Assembly: GCF_009914755.1 (NCBI RefSeq)
Contig: NC_060925.1
Reading direction: 5' to 3' (one strand)
DNA length: 64,000 nucleotides
Origin: the human T2T-CHM13v2.0 reference genome, Homo sapiens
The notes under the pieces were generated by a model that saw nothing but the letters and a program-made list of their open reading frames with translations, did not search any database and was not told the origin of the DNA. A program made the translations under genes and the position numbers. This document shows, in pieces, positions 45,370 through 61,891 of the stretch (position 1 is its first letter; each line of letters begins with the position of its first letter).

Positions 45370-47323
45370 CCTCTCCCTCTCCCTCTCCCTCTCCCCATGG
45401 TCTCCCTCTCCCTCTCTTTCCACCGTCTCCCTCTCACGCCAAGCCAAAGCTGGACTATACTGCTGCCATCTCGGCTCACTGCAACCTCCCTGCCTGATTC
45501 TCCTGCCTCAGCCTGCGGAGTGCCTGCAATTGCAGGCGCGCGCCGCCACGCCTGACTGGTTTTCCTATTTTTTTGGTGGAGACGGGGTTTCGCTGTGTTG
45601 GCCGGGCTGGTCTCCAGCTCCTAACCGTGAGTCATCCGCCAGCCTCGGCCTCCCGAGGTGCCGGGATTGCAGACGGAGTCTGGTTCACTCAGTGCTCAGT
45701 GGCGCCCAGGCTGGAGTGCAGTGGCGTGATCTCGGCTGGCTACAACCTCCACCTCCCAGCCGCCTGCCTTGGCCTCCCAAAGTGCCGAGATTGCAGCCTC
45801 TGCCCGGCCGCCACCCCGTCTGGGAAGTGAGGAGCGTCTCTGCCTGGCCGCCCATCGTCTGGGATGTGAGGAGCCCCTCTGCCTGGCTGCCCAGTCTGGA
45901 AAGTGAGGAGCGTCTCTGCCCGGCCGCCATCCCATCTGGGAAGTGAGGAGCGCCTCTTCCAGGCCGCCATCCCATCTAGGAAGTGAGGAGCGTCTCTGCC
46001 CGGCCGCCCATCGTCTGAGATGTGGGGAGCGCCTTTGCCCCGCCGCCCCGTCTGGGATGTGAGGAGCGCCTCTGCCCAGCCGCGACCCCGTCTGGGAGGT
46101 GAGGAGCGTCTCTGCCCGGCCGCCCCGTCTGAGAAGTGAGGAGACCCTCCGCCCGGCAGCCGCCCCGTCTGAGAAGTTAGGAGCCTCTCCGCCCGGCAGC
46201 CGCCCCGTCTGGGAAGTGAGGAGCGTCTCTGCCCGGCAGCCACCCCGTCCGGGAGGGAGGTGGGGGGGGTCAGCCCCCCGCCCGGCCAGCCGCCCCGTCC
46301 GGGAGGTGAGGGGAACCTCTGCCCGGCCGCCCCTACTGGGAAGTGAGGAGCCCCTCTGCCTAGCCAGCTGCCCCGTCCGGGAGGGAGGTGGGGGGGTCAG
46401 CCCCCCGCCCGGCCAGCCGCCCCGTCCGGGAGGGAGGTGGGGGGGTCAGCCCCCCGCCCGGCCAGCCGCCCCGTCCGGGAGGTGAGGGGCGCCTCTGCCC
46501 GGCCGCCCCTACTGGGAAGTGAGGAGCTCCTCTGCCCGGCCAGCCGCCCCGTCCGGGAGGGAGGTGGGGGGGTCAGCCCCCCACCCGGCCAGCTGCCCCG
46601 TCCGGGAGGTGAGGGGCGCCTCTGCCCGGCCGCCCCTACTGGGAAGTGAGGAGCCCCTCTGCCCGGCCGGCCGCCCCGTCCCGGGGGGAGGTGGGGGGGT
46701 CAGCCCCCCGCCCGGCCAGCCGCCCCATCCGGGAGGTGAGGGGTGCCTCTGCCCGGCCGCCCCTGCTGGGAAGTGAGGAGCCCCTCTGCCCGGCCACCGC
46801 CCCGTCTGGGAGGTGTGCCCAGCAGCTCATTGAGAACGGGCCAGGATGACAATGGCGGCTTTGTGGAATAGAGAGTGGGGAAAGGTGGGGAAAAGATTGA
46901 GAAATCGGATGGTTGCCGTGTCTGTGTAGAAGGAGGTAGACATGGGAGACTTTTCATTTTGTTCTGTACTAAGAGAAGTTCTTCTGCCTTGGGATCCTGT
47001 TGATCTGTGACCTTACCCCCAACCCTGTGCTCTCTGAAACATGTGCTGTGTCCACTCAGAGTTAAATGGATTAAGGGCAGTGCAAGATGTGCTTTGTTAA
47101 ACAGATGCTTGAAGGCAGCATGCTCATTAAGAGTCATCACCACTCCCCAGTCTCAAGTACCCAGGGACACAAATGCTGCGGAAGGCCGCAGGGTCTTCTG
47201 CCTAGGAAAACCAGAGACCTTTGTTCACTTGTTTATCTGCTGACCTTCCCTCCACTATTGTCCTATGACACTGCCAAATCCCCCTCTGTGAGAAACACCC
47301 AAGAATGATCAATTAAAAAAAAA
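45370..47323 (+). mobile_element. Full-length SVA retrotransposon
   Basis: (CCCTCT)n head, antisense Alu-like region, GC-rich VNTR (about 45800-46815), SINE-R, poly(A); 15-bp TSD aaaaagatttttctg at 45355-45369 and 47324-47338; TTTT/AA L1 endonuclease site. Confidence 0.98.
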
Positions 47324-48367
47324 AAAAAGATTTTTCTGGCTACTGTATTGAGCCAGACTGTAGGGGCAAGAGTGGAAGTAGAGAAGGTGGTAATGCAGGA
47401 ATGCCCAGTGGTTAAACCCTCATAACAAAAGGACTTGCATGCTTCTCTGGAGGCAGCTAGAAGGCAGGACTCCAGGCAGAAGAGAGAAACCCATGTTGAG
47501 GTCAGTCTGTGGATGGCAGGGACCCCACAGACTGGACCAATGGTGGCAGTGGGAAAGGTTCCTGGGGAGGTTGGTCAAGTACTAACAAGGCCAGAAGCCT
47601 TCTACCTTCAGTCTTGCTCTGGCAACCCCACCTCTTCTTTCATCTTCTCCCATCTAGGGAGATGTCTAATGGGCATGATAGTTAGAGGTGGTGAGAGGAT
47701 AGGGACAGGAAAGTCCTGCCTGTGGGACAACAGGGATCAGGGACTCAACAAGTCTTAGGCCTCTCACCAGGACCAGCATGTTGGGAAGCTGCCTCTCCAT
47801 CCATATTCAGTCTCAGAATGGGCAGCTGCTTCCCCTGCACCCTCATCTTGGTCTGGTCTTGGTGATAGGGTGGGGAGAGTGGGACATTGCACAGAAGGGG
47901 CGCAGAAGGCAGTGGGAACCCAATCATCGGTTTTTCAGTTTTTCAGTGGCCTGTATCTGCTTTAGCCAGGACTGGGCTTGGCCCCAGGACTAAAGGGACC
48001 AAAAAGAGGAACCACTGTTTAGACTGCCATGACACACAGGGCCCGGGAAGATCGCTGGCTGGATGTGTTCAGCACCTTTGGTCCCTCCAGGGATTTCTGA
48101 AGATTCTCATTCAAATCAGTACCTGAGTTTGGGAATCAGTGACTGCAGGCAGTGTTTCCCAGCATATTCCATGGAGAATCCCTCCAGAGCCCTGGTCTTT
48201 AGAGGCGTATGCCTCTGGTTCTACCACTCTCTGCAGTCTCGTTGCTCTTATCTGCGAATCTCTTATCTATTAACTAGACATTCCCCTAATTTATAGGGGT
48301 GTCTACTTAAAATTATTGATATCTTTAAATTTTAAAAAAGGAGAACTCTCTTTCTTATAAAGGGTTA

Positions 48368-48667
<300 letters not shown>

Positions 48668-51153
48668 AGTTACAACCTACAGGCAGGGAAGTGGAGCCTC
48701 TGGCTGAAACTGAAAGCAGACACTTCAGAGACAGAAGGGAGAGGCTGAGATTTATGCTTAGTGAGACTGGCTGTACATACATATTCAGTAGGTTATAGGA
48801 CAATCTTATAAATATTTATGAAGGGTCCTAATGCATGTGTAGTGCATAAACATATATGTTACATATGACCCATATTTGTAGAAACAGTATTAAAATGCAG
48901 TAAATTTAGGCTCTGTATGTCAAAAGGTGAAACATAAGGCACAAAGCCACTTTGTGCTTAATCTCAGTAAACCAGCCAGAGCCAGTCAGTGGTTGGTGGT
49001 CAGTTATCAGGACAGGACGGAATTCTTTGTCAGGCCGCTCAGTTTTCATGGTGAACCTGTGATAAGGGAGTGGAGTCTGGCCACGGTGTCAGGTGATCTG
49101 CTGAAGTCCATGGAAGGATCTTCCAGTCTTTGTTTTTCAGATATTGGTTTCTGTTTATCTCTTAGAAAGTCTGGTAATAACACAAAGAGGGGGTACTGAG
49201 GCATATCTAACCTCCTATCTCATCAAAGCCAGGGAAACTTAAAGTTTTTCTGGGTGATCTGGGCCAAGAGGGGTCCATTCAGTCTGTCAGAGGCATCAGA
49301 TTTCATTCTGGTTCCACAGGGGACTCCAGAACGTGATTCCCGGTCTCTCCACCTTAATCCTGTCATCATCCTAGGAGATTTTAGTGGCAATGTAGATAGT
49401 TCTTCCTAGCTCTGAGCTCAAAGTTTCCCAAAGGGTATTTTTCTAGTTATGAGAGACATTAATGGGTGTAGGGATAGAGAGATTAAATGAGACCTATGAT
49501 CACATAAGTTTGGAAAATGATGAATAAGCAAAGGGTAATGTAGAAGAAGAAATTTTCATTTAAAACCAAAGCTGATGATGTGGATTCCTAATAAGATAAG
49601 TGAGCAACAACTTGGAGGGGGCCCCAGGTGGGGAGAGCAATTTTTCTGCCAGACAGCTCATCACTGACAACCCACTGGCAGGACATCCTGTTCCCAAATA
49701 CCTCACTCCACACATAGCCCCAACAGCACAACCTCATTCTGCACATACCCCCTCCAGTACAACCCTAGAAAACTTCCCTCCAGTCCCTGCCTCTTTGCAG
49801 ACAGCCCCTTCTCTGCCGTGCTGCCCATTGCCTCCTTGCAACATATTCTCCCTGTAATGAGCTTGCTTTCTTTAACTCACTACTGTCTTGGTAAATTCTT
49901 TTACCATCTGTGACGCCAGCCCCAGCCAGTTGCACCTGCAACAGATGACAGCTACTTCTGTCTTCTAAGGAGGGTGGAATGGTTCACATCGATAAGAAAA
50001 TACGTACTCCATGGCTCCATTCCACTTACGGGGACTGGAGTGGGGAGGAGAAAGTAGAAAGGAAACTAACATTTCTGTGCTTCTGCGTCTTTTCTATGTT
50101 GATGACCTGCAAGTGCAGGGCAGACAGCCCATGTGACCTGATTGCCTAAGATTTTCCTGCTGTACACCTGTTGGCCAGCAAAGTTATTACTAGGCCCACT
50201 TTCAATCTTAAAAGTGTCATAGTTTGGACGACGTATTATGTGGTTACCTGTTAATGAGGCTTTGAAAATGTAAAAGTAGGTTCAAGACCAAATAAGGAGA
50301 GGAAAGCAAAGTTGTTTTGTACAATAAAGTGAGGAGAGTTGAGTTGGGGTAGGGTGGAGGGGGCAAGGGAGATAAGAGGAAAGTTTTGAGGGGGAAAAGG
50401 GGCTAAAATTATGGAGATGTAAAAGGCTTTCACTACCACAAACCTCAGTAAAGCCACTGAACACAGACATGCCTTATAGGGTATTTTTGGGAAGGAAAAT
50501 TCATGAAGAGGGGACTGAAATCCACAACTCAATCAGCATAGAGCAGAAATAAGGGGGAAGTGGTAAGAGGTGCACTATGAATGAGCTGGAGAATTTAAAG
50601 GGAGGCTGAACTCAGAGTCGAAGTGACCTTGAGAAGATAAACCCTCTGGAAATTCTCAGAATCTCAGGATGGGCCCCAGAGTATCTAAAGATGCTACAGT
50701 TCAAGGGATTGAGCCAATTGTATATAAATCTTAATGGATAGGTTGACCTCAGCATAAAACTTGGGTGGAAATTTTAAACAGGTTTCTTTATTTCAGCACT
50801 TCTCAGAGCACTCATTGTATAAGGTACTTTGTGAATATCCAGATAGTATTCTTCAAACTCTCTTTTATTTCCCCAGGGGGCATCCCATAGGACAAGAAGC
50901 ATTCTTTGTGACACTCTGTGGGAAGAGCTGGTTTAAAGGGGTACCTGTCTGGGCAACACTGTCCCACAGGGGCCCCCATGACCAAACTAACTCTGCTTCT
51001 ACCCAGAAAGGGTGCAGAGTAGCCACTAGACTTTTATGTGGCAAATGGGATGGTTATGCCCAGCCTGAAGCCAAGATGCCCTTTCTGGTTGCCTTGATTT
51101 GTGTTTAACAGCTCCAAATGCTTAATGAGGCAGTAAGAGACGTCTCTCTTGGG

Positions 51154-51382
51154 CAGTACTTCCCAACTAGGGGTGAGTTTGCCACCCTTACCCCCATCCC
51201 AGTGAATATTTGCAATTCCTAAAGACGTGTTTTGATTGTCACACCTGGGTGGGGAACATGCTACTGGCATCTAATGCATAGAGGGCAGTAATGCTGCTAA
51301 ACATCTTTCAACGCACAGGACAGAGCCCCACAAAAGAGAATTATCTAGCCCCAAATGTCCATAACACTGCTGTTGAGAAAAC
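51154..51382. mobile_element. MER20-like hAT DNA transposon
   Basis: 'tgctactggcatctaatgcatagagggcagtaatgctgctaaacatc...gccccaaatgtc...gttgagaaa'. Confidence 0.8.
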
Positions 51383-52988
51383 CTACCGCAGGATCTTACT
51401 GGGCTTCATAGGTAAGCTTGCCTTTGTTCTGGCTTCTGTAGATATATAAAATAAAGACACTGCCCAGTCCCTCCCTCAACGTCCCGAGCCAGGGCTCAAG
51501 GCAATTCCAATAACAGTAGAATGAACACTAAATATTGATTTCAAAATCTCAGCAACTAGAAGAATGACCAACCATCCTGGTTGGCCTGGGACTGTCCTAG
51601 TTTTAGCATTGAAAGTTTCAGGTTCCAGGAAAGCCCTCAGGCCTGGGCTGCTGGTCACCCTAGCAGCTGAGGGACTCTTCAATACAGAATTAGTCTTTGT
51701 GCACTGGAGATGAATATACTTTAATTTGTAACATGTGAAAACATCTATAAACATCTACTGAAGCCTGTTCTGTCTGCACCGACATTTTCATTGAGTACGG
51801 ATTCTTCCTACCAGATACAGCTGCTCTACAACTTTCGAGGGCTGGTATAAAACTAGCTTTTACCTATTTTTAAAAATTACATGAATAGTAAAAACTTGGA
51901 TTAACCCAGTATTCGGGTATTTTCAATTTCCTTGGGAGCTTAGAGGACGGACAAATAAAAAGATTATTTCAACATCAAATATATGCTATTGTTTACATAT
52001 GAAGATAACCACATATATGTATAAATTCACCGTTACTTTTTAGCAATACTATAAAATCCAACAGAAAAAAATAGCATTTACTATTAAAAAAAAAAAAAGA
52101 ATTAGTCTTTGTGGGTTTGGGGCAAGCAACTGCCCTTCTCAGTTAGGATGGGGGAGTTCTGGACATTTCTAGCTAAAGCCCAGGGGTCAAGGGAATGATA
52201 AACTCCTCGGTCTTGAGCATTGAGAGAAATTCTACCAGCTCGCCCTCAGTAGAAGGGTCTATAGTCCTGCCCCTCACCCGCCTGGCAGGGAGAGCTGCCT
52301 TTCTCTCCTGCCATCCCCCTATATCCACGGCTTCTCTCAGAGGAGCTGCTGAGTGCATTTTGCAGAATGAGTGACTGGGCACTGCTTTTCCAGAAGATTC
52401 TCAGGAAATTCTGTTCGGTAGGCAGAAGCACTGCTAGACGTTTGGCTATGTGACTGTTGTTATCTCTCCTGGGAAAGCATAATTCTGGAAGGCTCTGAAC
52501 ATCCCCAAAGAAAAAAAAATGCATCTATGTTTTAACAAAGGCAGGGTCTTGGAACATGAAATGCTTTGCACAGTCCTGAGAGAAATCTCCCATGTGTCTG
52601 GAAATGAGGCTCACTTGCTCTCTTAATGTTTCTACTGTACTGGGGAATAGGAGAAGCCAGCTTCTCGTGTCCAGTGAGGAGGAATATTTTATCACTGAAA
52701 TTTAGAATTGCTGGCGCCTGGTGACCATAAAAAGCAGACTGCCTTTAGTTGGTTTTATTATTTTTAAATCCTCCACAGACAATGCGCCCCTTGAATGCCA
52801 GATTCCAGGATGGACTGCTCCCACTACCCTCCCCACCACTGGTCACCCCTGTCCTATCAGCCGTCAGTCTTGGCCCTTCACTTACTGTGTACAACACTTG
52901 GCAAGGTAACTAATTTCTATAAGTCCAGGCTTTCTCACCTGTAAAATTGAAATAATAATGATATTGATTGATAGGTATTGGCTGATTT

Positions 52989-53531
52989 TATTAGGGTTCT
53001 CTAGAAGGACAGAACTAATAAGATATACGTATATATAAAGGGGAATTTATTAAGGAGTATTGACTCACACGATCACAAGGTGAAGTCTCACAATAGGCCA
53101 TCTGTAAGATGAGGAACAAGGAAGCCAGCCGGAGTCCCAAAACCTCATAAGTAGGGAAGCCAACAGTGCAGCCTTCAGTCTGTGGTTGAAGGTCTGAGAG
53201 CCCCTGGCGCCCTACTGGTATAAGTCCAAGAGTCCAAAAGCTGAAGAACTTGGAGTCTAATGTTCAAGGGCAGGAAGAATCCAGCACGAGAGAAAGATGA
53301 AGGCCGGAAGACTCAGGCCAGTCTAGCCCTTCATGATTCCTCTGCCAGCTTTTATTCTAGCCACGCTGGCAGCAGATTAGATGGGTCCACCCGGATTGTG
53401 GGTGGGTCTGCTTCTCCCAGTCCACTGACTCAAATGTTAATCTCCTTTGGCAACATCCTCACAGACATACCCAGGAACAATACTTTGCGTCCTTCAATCC
53501 AATCAAATTGACACCCAATATTAACCATCAT
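52989..53531. mobile_element. MLT2A-like ERVL solo LTR
   Basis: 'agggttctctagaaggacagaactaata...tcaatccaatcaaattgacacccaatattaaccatca'. Confidence 0.88.
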
Positions 53532-53604
53532 ACTGATGATATTATATGATAATATTCTGTAAACTATAAGATGCTGTTGAAAATGCAAAAAAAAAAAAAA
53601 AAAA

Positions 53605-53935
<331 letters not shown>

Positions 53936-54332
53936 TTAACAACTGATTGTAACTGATTATGTTATAAAGGATTATTTCCCATTGGTCAGTTGAATGGACT
54001 AAATCAGTAGGCGTATTTTGCCATCATTAGATGGAAGAAGCCATATGAGTTAAAACCCTTTTTTTTAGAACCTGTCTCAGGTACCATTTAGCAACAGATC
54101 TTCATAAACAGGAACGCAACAAATAAGTCTTTCATGCCGCCCCTAATTTTTCATTTCCTTAAGGAGCTGATGATCTAGGTAGGAATTTAAAACTGGCACA
54201 AAACAGTGGAAGAAAATCTAGCCCAGAAGGAAGAAAGGACACATTCAATGTACAAAGGTCCAAACATACAAAACTGATGAACATAGAAACATGGCCCTTA
54301 TTCCAAGAGGATTCTTGTTTTTATAAGAGAAT

Positions 54333-54630
<298 letters not shown>

Positions 54631-54869
54631 AGGATGTGTTTTAGGCTTTGTAAAAATACCATATTCCCGTAATGTACTCTGAAAATATGTTTCTGGGCAT
54701 AGATATTAAAAACTCAATTTACTGAATTCCAGCATGTCCCCTGAAACACCACAACTGGAGGTGGTCTTTACTGCCCAAAGAAAGCAGGGTGACAGCCAGA
54801 AGCCCTAACATTTATGACTGCTCCTCATGGCTCAGCATCTGTATACACCCACCACATTCCTCCTGTGTC

Positions 54870-55177
54870 TTTTTTTTTTTTTTTTTTTTGAGACAGGGTC
54901 TCGCTCTGTCACCTAGGCTGGAGTGCAGTGGTGTGATCACAGCTCACGGCAACCTTAACCTTCTGGACTCAAGCAATCCCCCTCACCCCGCCTCAACCCC
55001 CCAAGTAGCTGGGACTATAAGCGTGCACTACCATGGGCAGCTAAGTTTTGTATTTTTGGTAGAGACAGGGTTTCGCCATATTCCCCAGGCTGGTCACAAA
55101 CTCCTGGATTCAAGCAATCCACCTACCTTGGCCTCCCAAAGTGCTGAGATTACAGGCATAAGCCACCATGCCTGGCT
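54870..55177 (-). mobile_element. AluJ
   Basis: Antisense dimer; TSD 'tcctcctgtgtcttt'. Confidence 0.93.
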
Positions 55178-57644
55178 CCTCCTGTGTCTTTACCAGGCCT
55201 TTGGGATCTCCTTGGCAGGCTCTACCTGTCTCTGATGTGGGAGCACCTCAGGGCTCTGTCCTGGCCCTTTGCCCTCTCACTCTACTCCCAAGGCTTCAGG
55301 TGCCATTTGCTTGCTGATGCCACTAAAATCTACATTGCCAGCAGCAGACAGGTGCATACATCTGTTTCCTGGACTCATCTTTTGGGCATATCATAGCAAC
55401 AATCATGATGATGATGATAAACACTTGTATAGTCTTTAAGTGTGCCAGACACATTGTAAGTATTTCACATATATTAACTCATAACTCTCATTACTGCACT
55501 TGAGAAAGCTAGTATTATTATTATTATCATCTCTAAGAAGTGGAGTCACAGACAGCTTAGGTAACTTCTCCAAGATCACACAGCAATAAGGTGGAAGGGC
55601 CTGTTGGGCTTCGGAGTCTGAGTTTTTGTCACTATGCATACTGGGCCCCGTGTTCTCAAACTCAACACATCTGAAACGAAAGTATCCCGCTGTTCCTCCA
55701 TGACTCCCTGTCTCGCGCAACCAACCCACTTGCCCAAGCTGGAAATCTGTGAGTCACCCTGGAATTCTCTCCTTCCCACCTCCATTCAAAGTAGTTCAAT
55801 CACCAAATCCTATCATTTCTACCTCCTACATATTTAAAACATCCGTTTAATGGCCTCTTTATCTCCTCCAGTCTATTCTCCACATTGCAACCAGAGGGTT
55901 CCTCTAAAAAGAACTTAATCTTGCCTCCTTTTGACTGACCAACTAGCCTTCAATGGGCTAGCACTATCTGTCGGTTAAATCCAGACTCCTTAACACAGCA
56001 AACAAGGGCCTCCGTAATCCGGCCCATTCCCACCTTTGCAGCCTCATCACTCCTCACTGCCTCGTACCCGCTCCCCTCTATCTTGGCTGGCTCTCAGTTT
56101 TTCAAATGCACTGGGCACTTTCTCTCTCATGGGACTTTCTGCTCTTTCCTCTGCCCAGAATCCTCCCTCCACTCCCTAGATCAGAGTTGGGACCTTCTCT
56201 GACCAAAGACTGTGATAGGACCCTCTGCTGTATGTTCCTTGTCTCCTTTTAACTTTCCATAATAAAAAATTCATCACACCTCAGTGCAATTTTTTATCTA
56301 AAGTCTATGTTCCCAATAGCATGAGGATGGGGACAATGTCTATCTTCTTCAACTCTGTATCCCAGTGCTTAGCACAGAGCCACATATATAGTGGACTATC
56401 AAGAAATATCTGTAGAATGAATGAATGGATGAATAAATGAATGAATGTCAGAGCTACTTGGAGGGATGGCATACTGGCCATCATAGCAAAGCAAATGTTT
56501 TATATGATTCTTTTTAATATTAGCCTTATGAGATAGAATTCACATACCACACATTTCACCAATTAAAAGTGCACAGTTCCGTGGTTTTTAGTATATTCAC
56601 AGAGTTATGCAACCACCCACTGTTGTGCGCCACCATCAATTTCAGGCCATTTTCATCACCCCTAAAGGAAACCCTGCACTCAGGAGTCATCCCCCATTTC
56701 CTTTATATTATTACAGGTTCGGTACCCCTACTCTGAAAATCTGAAATCTGAAATGCTCCAAAAGCTGGAACTTTTTGGGTGCTGACATGATGCCACAGGC
56801 AGAAAACTTCTAATTCGACCTCATGTGACAGGTCTCAGTCAAAATGTAGGCACAGAGCACACAGTTTATTCAACATTCCCAAAGGGAAAAAGACCCTCCC
56901 AGCCCCCTCATAGGTGATGTATTTTTTCTGCACGTGCCCAGGTTCCCTTCACCCAGGCACACCCACAAAGGGTAATAACAGGGCCAGACGTGTTAATGGC
57001 CCATTCCCACAATGCCCCACAGGGGGCCAAAACTGTGTGCATTACTCACTGTGTTTTTTTGCTCATTCTCTGCCTGTGGTGTAAATATATTGTTGAAAAT
57101 GTCCAGAAGGCCTGCCAAATATCTCTATGGGTAACAGTGATAAGAAAAAGAGGAAGCATTCATGTTTATCTATAGCACGGAACATCAAGCTGCTGGAGAA
57201 ACTGGACAGCAGTGTAAGTGTGTAGCATCTTGCTGGAAAGTATGGTGTTGGAATGGCCAACATATATGACATGAAGAAACAAGGATAAACTGTTGGAGTC
57301 CTGTGCTGAATATGATGAACAGAAGTTAATGAAAAATAGAAAAACACCGCATAAAGCTAAAAATGAAGACCTCAATCATGTATGAAAAGAGTGGATCATT
57401 GGCAGTGGACATATGTCACTTAATGGTATGCTGACCATGAAACAAACACAGATCTATGATGATGGACTGAAAATTGAAGACAACTGTGAATATTCAACAG
57501 GCTGGCGGCAGAAATTTAAGTAAAGATACAGCATTAAATTTTTAAACTATTGTGGTGACAAAGCATCTGTTGGTTATAAAGCAGCAGATAAATTCATTGG
57601 TGAGTTTGCCAAGGTCACAGTTGAAAAAATCTGATGCCAAAGTC

Positions 57645-57940
57645 TTTTTTTTTTTTTTGAGACAGAGTCTCACTCTGTTGCCCAGGCTGGAGAGCAGTGG
57701 CATGATCTCTTTTCACTGCCACCTCCACCTCCTGGGTTCAAGCGATTCTCCTGCCTCAGCCTCCCGGTAGCTGGGATTACGGGTGCCCACCACTACGCCC
57801 GGCTAACATTTTTGTATTTTTAGTAGAGACAGGGTTTCACCATGTTGGCTAGGCTGGTTTTGAACTCCTGACCTCAAGTGATCCACCCGCCTCAGCCTCC
57901 CAAGTCCTACGATTACAGGCATGAGCCACCGTGCACAGCC
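57645..57940 (-). mobile_element. AluS within Tigger4
   Basis: Antisense dimer. Confidence 0.93.
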
Positions 57941-58197
57941 AGAACAAGTCTTTAATGCTGATGAAACATCACTGTCTTGGCATTATTGCCCCAGAAAGAC
58001 ACTGACTACAGCTGATGAGACAGCACTTATAGGAATTAAGGATGCCAAGGAGAGGATAACTATGCTTAGATGTGCTAATGCAATAGGCATGCATAAGTGT
58101 ACTTGCTGCGAGAAGCAAAAACTTGTTGTTTTCTGTAAGTGAATTTCCTTCCAGTCCATTATTATGCTAACAAAAAAACATGGATCACCAGGGAGTC

Positions 58198-58683
<486 letters not shown>

Positions 58684-58836
58684 TGACTTCATTAATTCAG
58701 CCATGTGACCAGCATATCCTTAGACCAGGAAAGAATAAATATAAAAACACATTCTTGAATAGCATCCTGGAAGCAGTGAACAGAAGTGTGGGTGTGGAAG
58801 GTTTTCAAAAGGAATTTAGCTGAAGGATGGCTTATA

Positions 58837-59159
58837 TGGACTACATTTTTCTTATCTCTCCTTATAAGAATTTTTGATTAGATCATTTCCAGCATCCTTT
58901 CTGCTCTAAAATCTCATGGTTTTGTGTATTACATGTCATCCACGACTCTGCTTTAAATAGAAAAGTCAGAATTATTGAAGTCTGTCTTGTTCTCTGCATC
59001 CCCACCAGCTGGGATTGTGCCTGTACCTAGTATGTGCTCGACACATGTTTGTGGCATGGATAAATGCGTGAATTAAGGTGCTGTGTTACATATGCATGGT
59101 GTATACATGCATCGTGTCCACTCCCTACTACATGCAAACACTTGCCGATGATGAGAAGA
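58837..59159 (-). repeat. 323-bp inverted copy of 63185-63507
   Basis: Reverse-complement match, about 10 substitutions by eye, no indels seen. Confidence 0.95.
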
Positions 59160-59529
59160 GGTTGTTGCCAGTGCTTGGAAGACAACGACACAAAAACACA
59201 GCTGTGCATGCCTGGAATGAACTCTGGCCTGCAACTGTGTTCAGTGATGATGGTGAGCCGGTGATGACTTGGAAGGATTCCTTATGTGAAGTGAAAAAAA
59301 AAGATGTCTAAGCTCTTTATATATGCAAAATATATACCTTCAGAGTCTGTAAGTAAGCAGGAAGAAGTGTATGTCAAAGAAGTTTTTAACATTCTTGGGA
59401 CTACAGCTCTTCATTCATTGACCAATGGTGAAATAGCTGAAATGGTTCTGATTCAAGGTGACTGTGATAATGGTGACCATCAAGATGACATTAATACTGC
59501 AGAGTAAGTGCCTATAAACAACATGGTGA

Positions 59530-59745
59530 GGCTGGGTGTGGTGGCTCACATCTGTAATCCCAGAACTTTGGGAGGGGAAGGAGGGAGGATGACTTGAGGG
59601 TAGGAGGTCAAGACCAGCTTGGTTAACCTAGTGAGACTTTGTCTCTACAAAAAATTAAAAAGTTAGCAGGGCATGGTGGTGAGTGCCTGCAGGCCTAGCC
59701 ACACAAGGCAGGAAGATTGCTTGAGCCTGGGAACTCAAGGCTACA
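59530..59745 (+). mobile_element. AluJ fragment within Tigger4
   Basis: Left arm plus partial right arm. Confidence 0.85.
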
Positions 59746-60296
59746 ACATCGTAGGTGGAGACTGAAAGCCTGGGGATGCTTGTTGCTGCTGTTGTCTAAC
59801 AGCTGGTACAGGTATTATAGAGATGCTACGTAGTTGCTTAGTTACCCTGAACACATTGTTTTCTCACCGTATTAAGGGCACATCACATTTTTTTCTGTTA
59901 AGTACTTACCTGTGAATAAGTGGAAGAAAATGATTGCTTATCAGTAGCAAGTAAATTCAGAGCCATGAATGATGGTGATGCCAAATAGCCAGATTGTCCA
60001 CATGGGTGCTGAGATAGTGACACCTTTGCTTTCTGAGGTTTCGCTGTACACAAACTTTGTTTCATGCACAAAATTATTCAAAATATTACATAAAATTACC
60101 TCCAGCCTATGTCTATAAGGTACATAAGAAACATAAGTGAATTTCGTGTTCAGGCTTGGGTTCCATCCCCAAGATATCTCATTATGTATATGAAAATATT
60201 CCAAAATTCAACTCCCTTCCCCACCAAATCTGAAATATTTCTGGTCATAAGCATCTTGGGTAAGGGATAGTTAACCCACATTTAAAGTTACGTAAC

Positions 60297-60675
<379 letters not shown>

Positions 60676-61569
60676 TCATATGAGTTCATTGAATCTTAAA
60701 CAACTCTGTAAGGTGGACATTTTAATGCACCTGTCATTAGGGTTAAACTTCGGTGTATGGAGTGAGACTTTTAATCAATAAAAAGTTTAATCTGAAAGGA
60801 AGGGGAAGGGTGGTAGAGGTGCCTGGGGGGGCAAGAAACAACTGTCTATAGAGTGCTATCCTAAAGACACCCATGAAGCCATGTTGTCATTCTGTCTAGA
60901 CCCGCTGGACTGCACCCTAAGCCATGACATGTTGACTGTGCAAAAAGTCATTTAGCTGGGGGGATGCAAAAGGTAAACAAATATTGCATAAAGCAAATGG
61001 CTTTTGAAGTAATAATGATAACAATAATAAATGATCTGAATTTGAATCCTGATTCTGCTACTTAAACAATTCTGTGACATTGAGCAAGTTAACCCCCCCA
61101 GTCTTGAGTTTCTTTATCTTAATATAGTGTTCATGATATATTCCTTGTAAAGTTGTTCTGAGGATTAAAGAAGCATATATAAAGCAGCTGATATAGTGGC
61201 TGGTGCTGAAAAATAGTAAAATATTTTATTGCTAATAATAGATTTTTAAAAATACATTTAAAAACCAGTGGAGATGTATATCATTACTGAAAAAGTGATA
61301 ATTCATTGCTATCTAGGTTGCAGTGAAATAGATACACTCAAATGCTGCTAGTGGTGTAGTAAAACAGACTTGAAAGCAGAAGGTCAATATGATGCAAGAG
61401 CCATAAAGACGTTTCCTTTAACTTCAATATCTGCTCCTGGAGCTTTAAATTAAGGAAATAATCTAAAATAAACCAAAAAAATTAGTATGTACAAAGGTAC
61501 CCATCACAGTGTAGTTGCCAATAGTAAAACCCTGGGAATGACTGAATGATGACCCAAAGGAATGGTTAG

Positions 61570-61891
<322 letters not shown>

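Noticed and set aside
45233-47308. Many long overlapping ORFs (up to 237 aa)
   Set aside because: Artefacts of the GC-rich SVA Alu-like and VNTR regions
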